Shown here: piece after piece, positions 9,026 to 16,638 of the stretch
Numbering within the stretch: position 1 is the first letter of the stretch
Layout of the letters: each line of letters begins with the position of its first letter
Origin: Candidatus Zipacnadia bacterium
GTDB taxonomy: Bacteria > Armatimonadota > Zipacnadia > Zipacnadales > Zipacnadaceae
Assembly (NCBI GenBank): GCA_029820565.1
Contig: JALGUR010000003.1
Coordinates: 67,304 to 131,303 of the forward strand
DNA length: 64,000 nucleotides
Reading direction: 5' to 3'
Notes under the pieces: generated by a model
The model's database searches: none
The model's input: only the letters and a program-made list of their open reading frames with translations
What the model was told of the DNA's origin: nothing
Program-made: the position numbers and the translations under genes

Positions 9026-9409
9026 ATGGTCTACCTCAACTGCGCCAAAGATGCGCTGTGGTTAGTAGAGGTTACTGCAAACTACGACCTGTCAAATAGG
9101 GATAGAGATCTGATAGCAGAAATTGCGAGCGAAGAGGCCCGAAAGTCAAGAGGAGCCTACTCCTTTATTGTCCATGGCATTGTAGAAAGCAACACGAGTT
9201 CTACGCTCCTCGTGGAAGCCTGCCAGACGGCACTCAATAACCTACTATTGGTACTCTCCGATAATCTCGCCTATGATATCAGTTGGACTCGCTACGATAA
9301 AGAGAAATGGCAGGTGTTTCACGCCGCTGACGGAAGCCCGCGGCGGGCTAAGGTTTTGATAGATTTAGAGCAGATAGATGAAGAATTGCAGTATTATATC
9401 GAATTCTGA
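9026..9409 (+). CDS. Hypothetical 127-aa partner of the PLD-wHTH gene
   Basis: ORF 8903..9409. ATG 9026 lies 6 nt after GGGAGGA. No recognisable family. Same low-GC block. Confidence 0.5.
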   Translation: MVYLNCAKDALWLVEVTANYDLSNRDRDLIAEIASEEARKSRGAYSFIVHGIVESNTSSTLLVEACQTALNNLLLVLSDNLAYDISWTRYDKEKWQVFHAADGSPRRAKVLIDLEQIDEELQYYIEF

Positions 9410-9465
9410 GGGGGAACGCATAGGCCACAATAGTTATGTAGATTGCTATTAGTGGGGGAGGGCTT

Positions 9466-10785
9466 ATGGCTAATATTATTGACATAATTGATGCTCGGGA
9501 CGATGGCGGTTCGGCACTGCAGGCGCTGCGCGAGCGGTCGGTGGTTGAAGTGGCGGGGGAAATTGAACAGGATGTGCGCCGCATAGTGGAGGATGTGCGG
9601 GCGCGGGGCGATGCGGCCTTGATTGAGTATGAGCAGCAGTTTGACTGCCCTACTTTGACCGCCGAGCGACTGCAGGTGACGGATGAGGAGATTCAGGCCG
9701 CCTATCAACAGGTCTCTGATAAGCAATTAGGGGCGCTGCGCCGGGCCAAAAACAATGTCTACGAGTTTCACCTGCGCGCTCGGCCCGCCTCGTGGCTGGA
9801 CAATTTTGAAGGCGTATGGTTGGGCCAGCGGATAACCCCGATTGAGTCGGTCGGCATCTACGTGCCGGCGAGAAGCGCCCCGCTGCCCTCCACGGTGTAT
9901 ATGTGTGCTATGCCGGCGCAAGTAGCCGGTGTGGAGCGTCTGGTGATATGCACACCACCGCGCCGGGACGGCTCGGTGGACCCGCTGACCCTACTGGCCG
10001 CGGCCGAGTGTGACGTGGATGAGATATATCGGGCCGGTGGGGCCCAGGCGATTGCGGCGCTGGCCTTTGGCACGGAAAGCATCGCAGCGGTCAATAAAAT
10101 CGTCGGTCCGGGCAATCCCTGGGTGACCCTGGCCAAAAAGTATGTTTTCGGCGTGGTGGGGATTGACTCGTTAGCCGGCCCCAGCGAGATCCTGGTCATT
10201 GCGGATGAGACTGCCCAGCCGGCCCTGGTGGCCGCTGACCTGCTGGCTCAAGCCGAGCACACCGGGGATAATACAGTGGTGCTGCTCACTGATGCCGAAA
10301 GTCTGGCTGAGGAAGTGGGCGAAGAGTTGAGCAGGCAGATTCAGACTTTGGACCGGGGCGAACTGATGCGCCAGTCACTGAACGAATATGGGGCGATTGT
10401 GTTAGTGCGGGATCTGCACCACGCGGCCCAGTTAGCCACTGAGATTGCCCCCGAACATCTGCAACTTATGGTAGCCGACCCCTTTGCCCTGCTGGCGGAA
10501 GTAGACAACGCCGGTTGCATCTGTCTGGGGCCGCTGTCGGCCGTGGCATTGGGCGATTATGCCGCTGGGCCCAGCCATGTCCTGCCCACTATGGGCACGG
10601 CGCGTTTTTCTTCGGGGCTGTCCGTGGATGATTTTGTGAAAAAATCCTCATTGATTTATGCTACCCCACCGGGCCTGCGGCGCGTAGCGGATGACGCTGT
10701 TGAACTGGCCGAGGCCGAGGGCCTCTCCGCGCACGCCCAGGCCATCCGGCGCCGGCAAAGTGATGATACAACGACTTGCAGGTAG
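9466..10785 (+). CDS. hisD: Histidinol dehydrogenase
   Basis: 439 aa with typical HisD motifs (GPGNPWVTLAKK, AGPSEILVIADE, QAEH). Confidence 0.95.
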   Translation: MANIIDIIDARDDGGSALQALRERSVVEVAGEIEQDVRRIVEDVRARGDAALIEYEQQFDCPTLTAERLQVTDEEIQAAYQQVSDKQLGALRRAKNNVYEFHLRARPASWLDNFEGVWLGQRITPIESVGIYVPARSAPLPSTVYMCAMPAQVAGVERLVICTPPRRDGSVDPLTLLAAAECDVDEIYRAGGAQAIAALAFGTESIAAVNKIVGPGNPWVTLAKKYVFGVVGIDSLAGPSEILVIADETAQPALVAADLLAQAEHTGDNTVVLLTDAESLAEEVGEELSRQIQTLDRGELMRQSLNEYGAIVLVRDLHHAAQLATEIAPEHLQLMVADPFALLAEVDNAGCICLGPLSAVALGDYAAGPSHVLPTMGTARFSSGLSVDDFVKKSSLIYATPPGLRRVADDAVELAEAEGLSAHAQAIRRRQSDDTTTCR

Positions 10786-10885
10786 GCGGCCCATCGTTTA
10801 TAATCTCACTATTGGAGACTGTTGCCAGAGGTAATTGAGGAACGGTAGAGTAAGTTGTGGAAGTTGAGGCCGTAGCGCGGTACTC

Positions 10886-10920
10886 ATATCGGGGCAGAGA
10901 TGCCCCTCCTACAAGTTGTT
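10886..10920. repeat. REP-like hairpin ATATCGGGGCAGAGATGCCCCTCCTAC
   Basis: Near-identical to 60787..60815. Stem GGGGCA/TGCCCC. Lies in the hisD-hisB intergenic region. Confidence 0.6.
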
Positions 10921-10983
10921 GCAACAGTCAATGCCGCTGCCAGTCTGTCCCCATCTCAGCAGTACCCAAGTAGGTGAGGCTAA

Positions 10984-11574
10984 ATGTCACTGCGAACTGC
11001 CCAACTATCACGCGAGACTGCGGAAACTAACATCGAAGTGCAGATCAACCTGGACGGCTCCGGTGAAGGTGAGATAGACACCGGGGTGGGCTTTTTTGAC
11101 CATATGCTCTCGCAACTCGCCAAGCACGGCCGCTTTGACCTGAATATAGAGGCACGGGGAGACCTGGAGGTTGACGCCCATCATACGGTGGAAGATGTAG
11201 GGATAATCCTCGGTCAAGCCCTCAAGGAAGCAGTCGGGGATAAGCAGGGAATGGTACGCTTCGGGGCGGCCAGTTGCCCGATGGATGAGGCGCTGGTGGC
11301 GGCGGCGATTGATTTTGGCGGCCGCGGGCACCTGGAATATGGGCTGAAACTGCCTGTGGCGAACGTCGGCGATTTTGACACCGAATTAGTCCGCGAATTC
11401 TTCATAGCGGTGGCCCACAACGCCGGTATGAGCCTTCACCTGACCCAGCAGGCCGGCATCAATACGCACCACATAATTGAGTCGGCCTTCAAATCCTTCG
11501 CCCGCGCTCTGGATGAGGCGACCAGATTGGACGAGAGGATTAGTGGGGTGCCGTCCACGAAGGGCCAACTGTAA
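10984..11574 (+). CDS. hisB: Imidazoleglycerol-phosphate dehydratase
   Basis: 196 aa. RETAETNIEVQINLDG and GFFDHML motifs. Confidence 0.95.
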   Translation: MSLRTAQLSRETAETNIEVQINLDGSGEGEIDTGVGFFDHMLSQLAKHGRFDLNIEARGDLEVDAHHTVEDVGIILGQALKEAVGDKQGMVRFGAASCPMDEALVAAAIDFGGRGHLEYGLKLPVANVGDFDTELVREFFIAVAHNAGMSLHLTQQAGINTHHIIESAFKSFARALDEATRLDERISGVPSTKGQL

Positions 11575-11649
11575 AGGGCGCTGCCATCCTGAGATTGTGG
11601 GAAGTGGCTGATATAAGGTAGTCCTCCCCCGTGTTATAGGTGGTTAGTT

Positions 11650-12261
11650 GTGATTGCACTGATTGACTATGGAATGGGCAATTTGGGCAGTGTGGATAAG
11701 GCACTGCGGCGGGTCGGCGGCGAGGTGCAGATGACCAGTGACCCGCAGGTCATCAGCCAGGCGGCGGGCGTAGTGCTGCCGGGCGTGGGGGCCTTTGACG
11801 ACTGTATGGACGGCCTCCACAAGCGTGGGCTGGCCGAGGCGTTGCGCCAGATTATCCGGGCCGGCAAACCGTTCCTGGGCATCTGCCTGGGCCTGCAAGT
11901 GCTGTTTGACCGTAGTGAAGAAGGCGAGAACGAAGGGTTGGGGATTATTCCCGGCGAAGTGGTGCGCTTCAAGCATAATCTGAAGATACCGCAGATTGGC
12001 TGGAACCAAATCAATGTCCGAAGCCAGGCACCACACCTGGCAGGAATCAAAGACGGGGTGTGGGTCTACTTCGTCCACTCCTACTACGTGGTGCCTGAGG
12101 ATGAGTCAGTGATCGCTACGACTACCGACTACGGCTACGAATTCTGCTCGTCAATCTGGCGCGAGAATATCTTCGCCTGCCAGTTCCACCCCGAAAAAAG
12201 CCAGGACGTAGGGCTGAAGATACTGGAGAACTTCACGCAGTTTCTTGGGCAGACGCATTAG
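11650..12261 (+). CDS. hisH: Imidazole glycerol phosphate synthase, glutaminase subunit
   Basis: GTG start. IALIDYGMGNLGSV, GICLGLQ (catalytic Cys) and FHPEKS motifs. Confidence 0.95.
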   Translation: MIALIDYGMGNLGSVDKALRRVGGEVQMTSDPQVISQAAGVVLPGVGAFDDCMDGLHKRGLAEALRQIIRAGKPFLGICLGLQVLFDRSEEGENEGLGIIPGEVVRFKHNLKIPQIGWNQINVRSQAPHLAGIKDGVWVYFVHSYYVVPEDESVIATTTDYGYEFCSSIWRENIFACQFHPEKSQDVGLKILENFTQFLGQTH

Positions 12262-12288
12262 CCCTACTTTCGAGGAGGCCCGGTAGTT

Positions 12289-13896
12289 ATGCAGATAAGA
12301 AACTTGATTAAGTCAGTGGGTGAGGCCGAAGTCCGCCACATCCTGGAGGCACTCTGTGAGGGGCGGTATCGGTTCCACGCCGGCGTCAGTCTTTCGCAGA
12401 TATTTGATCCTGAGGAGCCTGGGTGGACGAAAGAGGAGAAGCGCATGATCTTCCTGAGCAATGTCGACTGGCTGGTTACGGATGACTCGCCTGAGGAGAA
12501 GCCGTTGTTGGCGATAGAGGTAGACGGCCCCCATCACAAGGAGGGTGAACAGCAGCGGAAAGACCGAACGAAAGATGCCATATTCGCTAAGGCGGGACTG
12601 CCTTTGTTACGACACACTACTGAGCAGGTGGGGACCAAAGTAACAGAGCGAGAGATCCGAAGATGGGTTCTAATGCACTTCTGGCTACCTCCGGTCCTTG
12701 AGGCAAGCGACGATCTTGCGGTAGACCTGAAGAACCTATCCCTAGCGTTGGCCGGTGCCCTATCTGACGAGGTCCTCGAGTTTCTCAGAGTCAGAGAAAG
12801 GTTCAATAGCCTCTTTTGGCCGGACGTCTTTGCCGATGAAATACGCAGCGACCAAGCCATGGACAGGGTGCGTGAACTTGCGTCTTTCGCCTCAAAATAC
12901 ACGTTCCCGGATATACCTACACCGGAAGAGACACTTCGGGCGGACCGCGTAGTGAAAGAGATTGCTCTGCAGTTCCCAGATGGCACGACGTTCCGTAGCG
13001 CGGCACAATGTTTGAACACTGAGAGCCTGTACCCTAATTGGGTTGCCTTCCAGCGCGGAGCTATTGATGTCATGAGCCACGCCATCGAAGCATACGAGGA
13101 CGGTTCCTTTCGCCCCGATCCAACGGCGGAGTTTCCTCCTGAGTCTGACGAAGCAACGGAATATGACATCTGGCGGGACTTTTCCGTAGACTGGCGCCGG
13201 TCGGTGGAAGACTTTACCTACCAAAGACTCCGCTCAATACGCCAAGACCTCGAAGGGCGACGCAACGAGGTGTGGCCCGTCTCGTCGAAGCGCGAGTTCT
13301 TTTACCCACCTGTTGCTGGACTCCAGTGCGCCCACCGATATTGTTTCCAAACAACGGATGCGCCAGAGCAACGAGTCGTTTACGGAGTTGCAGAGGTATT
13401 TCGGGACGATGTGCGACAGAAAGGCGCCGCTTCGCAGCTTCAGCTCGCCCGTGACGTTGCGAAATACGACGCGCTGGTTCAGATACTTGACCTGGTGAAT
13501 CCAGAGGTGGATGTACGCACGACTATCGCGCCGGATATCGCCGTACGCGAGAGCGACACTGAGACTGACCGGCAGCGGAAAGCGCGCCATATTTCCGGCT
13601 CGGACTACGACTTGGTGACGATCACCAGCGAAATCAAGCTTACCAACCCCAAGCAGGAACAGATTCGGCTCATCGCCACCCAGAAGGTGGAAGGTGAGGT
13701 GACTGAGGCCAGCGATGAGGCCAAGTTCAGCAAGTTGAGCGAGGAAAGCTTCGGCCTTAATCCCACCAGCCGGATCAAGTGGGATGTGAAGCTATCTGGT
13801 GGCGAGGAAAAGAGCTTGACCTATACCTACCAGGTTTATGTGAAAGACAACTCTGCTGGCAAACCACAAAGGCATGATAATAATCCCTGCGATTGA
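12289..13896 (+). CDS. 535-aa protein: DUF2726-like (PD-(D/E)xK-type) N-terminal domain plus large uncharacterised C-terminal region
   Basis: N-terminus has the pattern SVGEAEV...VSLSQIF...NVDWLVTD...[11 protein letters not shown]...[19 protein letters not shown]. This matches DUF2726 as I recall it. GAGGAGG SD upstream. The stop overlaps the hisA start by 23 nt. Confidence 0.7.
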   Translation: MQIRNLIKSVGEAEVRHILEALCEGRYRFHAGVSLSQIFDPEEPGWTKEEKRMIFLSNVDWLVTDDSPEEKPLLAIEVDGPHHKEGEQQRKDRTKDAIFAKAGLPLLRHTTEQVGTKVTEREIRRWVLMHFWLPPVLEASDDLAVDLKNLSLALAGALSDEVLEFLRVRERFNSLFWPDVFADEIRSDQAMDRVRELASFASKYTFPDIPTPEETLRADRVVKEIALQFPDGTTFRSAAQCLNTESLYPNWVAFQRGAIDVMSHAIEAYEDGSFRPDPTAEFPPESDEATEYDIWRDFSVDWRRSVEDFTYQRLRSIRQDLEGRRNEVWPVSSKREFFYPPVAGLQCAHRYCFQTTDAPEQRVVYGVAEVFRDDVRQKGAASQLQLARDVAKYDALVQILDLVNPEVDVRTTIAPDIAVRESDTETDRQRKARHISGSDYDLVTITSEIKLTNPKQEQIRLIATQKVEGEVTEASDEAKFSKLSEESFGLNPTSRIKWDVKLSGGEEKSLTYTYQVYVKDNSAGKPQRHDNNPCD

Positions 13897-14599
13897 CCTA
13901 TCTGAGGGCCAGGTGGTGCGGTTGCGGCAGGGGGATATGCGGCAAAAGACCGTGTATTCCGATGACCCTGCGGCGCAGGCGCAACTATGGGAACAGCAAG
14001 GGGCCGAAGTTATCCACATTGTGGACCTGGATGGGGCGATAAGTGGCTACCCGGCTAATCTGGATGGTGTGGAAAACATTGTGGAAAACGTGGGAGTTCC
14101 TGTGGAAATGGGCGGCGGGCTGCGGACTGCCGATGACGTGGCACAAGTACTGGCGATAGGAGTGCGCTGGGCCATAATGGGGACGGCGGCCCTGCGTGAC
14201 CGGCCTGAGTTGGAGGAGGCATTGGACCGGTTCGGCGAACGGATTATTGTCGGCATTGACGCCCGCGACGGCAAAGTAACCGTAGAAGGGTGGACCGAAG
14301 GCAGCGAGATAGATGCGGTCTTCCTGGCGCGGCAGATGGAAGAATTGGGCGTGGAGCGGCTCATCTGCACCGATATTGCCACTGATGGGATGCTGCAAGG
14401 CCCTAACCTGGCGGCGATGCGGACCCTGGCCGAGGCAGTGCAGATCCCCATTATCGCCTCCGGCGGGGTGAGCACTACCCAGGACATCCGCGCGTTGCGG
14501 GAGCTGGAACCGTTAGGGGTAATTGGCTGCATCATCGGACGGGCGCTCTATGACGGGACACTGTCTTTAGGTGAGGCGCTGGCCGCCGCTTCACAGTAG
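13874..14599 (+). CDS. hisA: ProFAR isomerase
   Basis: [22 protein letters not shown]-terminus and typical (beta/alpha)8 HisA motifs. Confidence 0.95.
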   Translation: MIIIPAIDLSEGQVVRLRQGDMRQKTVYSDDPAAQAQLWEQQGAEVIHIVDLDGAISGYPANLDGVENIVENVGVPVEMGGGLRTADDVAQVLAIGVRWAIMGTAALRDRPELEEALDRFGERIIVGIDARDGKVTVEGWTEGSEIDAVFLARQMEELGVERLICTDIATDGMLQGPNLAAMRTLAEAVQIPIIASGGVSTTQDIRALRELEPLGVIGCIIGRALYDGTLSLGEALAAASQ

Positions 14600-14613
14600 T
14601 TGTGCCTGTGGGC

Positions 14614-14642
14614 TTGACATCTGAGGGAGGGCAATGTATAAT
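14614..14642 (+). promoter_or_regulatory. Consensus sigma70 promoter of the TA cassette
   Basis: TTGACA at 14614-14619, 17 nt, TATAAT at 14637-14642. Lies just after the hisA stop. ATG 14653 is 11 nt downstream of the -10, so the leader would be near-leaderless. Confidence 0.7.
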
Positions 14643-14652
14643 ATAGGAACGT

Positions 14653-15006
14653 ATGGGAGATAAAGCAATGGAAACGAGGGCAAGGATCAGTGACAAGCGG
14701 TGGCTCAGTCCCCCAGAGGCGGCGGAGTACCTGGGGATAGCAGTGAGCACCTTGTACCGGTGGCGCACGGAGGGGCGCATACGATTTTATCAATTCGGGG
14801 AACGCGTGAGCCGGATTAAGCGCGATGAACTGGATGGCCTGGCGCGACCTCAGCCCTCTGAGGGTACGGCGGCTCTGCAGGAATGGCAGCAGCAAGCCGA
14901 GACGCTTTTTCGCGAACTATATGAGCAATATGGTGTTGGCGACGATTCTGCCGAGGTCATCCGTGAAGCCCGTGAGCAGCGCTCTCGGCAACTGGGCGGG
15001 CGATAG
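14653..15006 (+). CDS. Excisionase/MerR-type HTH protein, putative antitoxin
   Basis: WLSPPEAAEYLGIAVSTLYRWRTEGRIRFYQFG is an HTH_17-like motif. An alternative start is ATG 14668 after GGGAGA. The gene ends 4 nt before the PIN gene. Confidence 0.75.
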   Translation: MGDKAMETRARISDKRWLSPPEAAEYLGIAVSTLYRWRTEGRIRFYQFGERVSRIKRDELDGLARPQPSEGTAALQEWQQQAETLFRELYEQYGVGDDSAEVIREAREQRSRQLGGR

Positions 15007-15009
15007 CGC

Positions 15010-15456
15010 ATGGCGGAGCGCATCTGTCTGGACGCCAGTGTGGCCGCCAAATGGGTCTTTCCGGAGGTCCACTCCGAAGAGGCGAGGGAAATCCAGACGG
15101 ATGTAGCCGATGGGCGCACCCAGATAGTAGTGCCGGACAGTTTCTTTATTGAATGCGTCAGTGTGGTCTATCATAAACATCAGCAGAGCCTGGCCGATAT
15201 GGAGCAGGCCCAGGCGGCCCTCGGTGTACTGCGGCAGGTCCCGGCCAACGTGACGGCGATCCGCGACGTCTCTCACCAGACCATGACCCTGGCCGAACGT
15301 CTAAACATCACTGTCTGGGACGCTGCCTATCTGGCTGTCGCTGAACATCACAACTGCGACTTGTGGACCGCCGATAAAAAACTTGCCCGGCAGACACAAC
15401 CGCACTTTGATTGGGTGAAGCTGCTGGGCACTGATGAATGGACTGAAGCGAGGTGA
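15010..15456 (+). CDS. vapC: PIN-domain ribonuclease toxin (VapC-like)
   Basis: Carries the typical acidic residues (ICLDASV..., [22 protein letters not shown]). 148 aa. Tightly coupled to the upstream HTH gene. Confidence 0.85.
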   Translation: MAERICLDASVAAKWVFPEVHSEEAREIQTDVADGRTQIVVPDSFFIECVSVVYHKHQQSLADMEQAQAALGVLRQVPANVTAIRDVSHQTMTLAERLNITVWDAAYLAVAEHHNCDLWTADKKLARQTQPHFDWVKLLGTDEWTEAR

Positions 15457-15463
15457 CGTTATT

Positions 15464-16246
15464 ATGTTAGCCAAGGTGGACGAAGGTCGCGTGGTTAAAG
15501 GTATAAAGTATGTGGACCATGTGGACGCCGGCGACCCGGTGGAGCAGGCCCAAGAATATGACCGCCAGGGGGCCGATGAACTGGTCTTTCTGGACATCAC
15601 CGCCTCTGTGGAAGGGCGGGAGATAGTGCTGGATATGGTCAGGCGGGCGGCGGAGTGTATCTTTATACCGCTGACCGTCGGGGGAGGTATCCGGACTGTT
15701 GAGGATATTCGCCAGGTTCTTAAGGCGGGCGCGGACAAGGTCTCTATGATGACGGCAGCGGTGCAGAATCGGGACCTGGTCAATGAGGCAGCAGGGCGCT
15801 TTGGCAACCAGTGCATTGTGGTCGCTATTGACGCCCAGCGTGTGCCGCGCGAGGGACGGGATGACTCGGATTTGGGGTATGCTCCCGACGAAGAGATTGA
15901 ATGGAAAGTATGGACGCACGGGGGGCATAAACCTACTGAGGTCGACGCACTGCAATGGGCCGGGGAGGCGGCCGCGCGTGGGGCGGGGGAGTTGCTGGTT
16001 ACCTCAATGGATGCCGATGGAACCAGGGCGGGCTATGATATAGAACTGCTGCGGCGCATCTCGCAAGAAGTGAGCATTCCGGTCATTGCCTCGGGGGGCG
16101 CGGGTAACATTGACCATATGTATGAGGCGCTCACCGCCGGCCAGGCGGATGCGGTGTTAGCGGCCAGCATCTTCCATTTCCGCCAATACACCGTCGGGCA
16201 GGTCAAAGAAGAATTGGCTGAGCGGGGCATTACCGTGCGCCGGTAG
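15464..16246 (+). CDS. hisF: Imidazole glycerol phosphate synthase cyclase subunit, atypical N-terminus
   Basis: ATG 15464 lies 8 nt after GAGGTGA. The protein is HisF-like throughout ([30 protein letters not shown]). It starts [13 protein letters not shown] and lacks the canonical RIIPCLD segment. Confidence 0.88.
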   Translation: MLAKVDEGRVVKGIKYVDHVDAGDPVEQAQEYDRQGADELVFLDITASVEGREIVLDMVRRAAECIFIPLTVGGGIRTVEDIRQVLKAGADKVSMMTAAVQNRDLVNEAAGRFGNQCIVVAIDAQRVPREGRDDSDLGYAPDEEIEWKVWTHGGHKPTEVDALQWAGEAAARGAGELLVTSMDADGTRAGYDIELLRRISQEVSIPVIASGGAGNIDHMYEALTAGQADAVLAASIFHFRQYTVGQVKEELAERGITVRR

Positions 16247-16251
16247 AGAGA

Positions 16252-16638
16252 GTGATTATGATGGACTTGTCGGCCCTGGAGTTTGATCAAAAAGGCTTGA
16301 TACCCGCAGTTATCTGTGACCATCAGAGCAACGAAGTGCTGATGGTAGGTTATATGAACGAGGAGGCGGTCCAGCGTACTGTGGCGAGCGGCCAGACTTG
16401 CTTCTGGAGCCGTTCGCGACAGCAGTTTTGGGTAAAAGGTGAGCACTCAGGGCACAAGCAGTACGTCAAGTGGATTCGTTTAGACTGTGATGGCGACTGC
16501 CTGCTAATCGGCGTGGAACAGGTGATAGGCGCTTGCCACCTGGGCTATCGCAGCTGCTTCTTCCGCGAACTGCGGGAGGACCGCTGGGAAGTAGTTGCTG
16601 ATAAGGTCTTTGACCCGGATGGAGTTTATGAGAACTGA
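16252..16638 (+). CDS. hisI: Phosphoribosyl-AMP cyclohydrolase
   Basis: GLIPAVICD..., [17 protein letters not shown] and CDGDCLL motifs. HisI domain only, no HisE. Confidence 0.92.
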   Translation: MIMMDLSALEFDQKGLIPAVICDHQSNEVLMVGYMNEEAVQRTVASGQTCFWSRSRQQFWVKGEHSGHKQYVKWIRLDCDGDCLLIGVEQVIGACHLGYRSCFFRELREDRWEVVADKVFDPDGVYEN

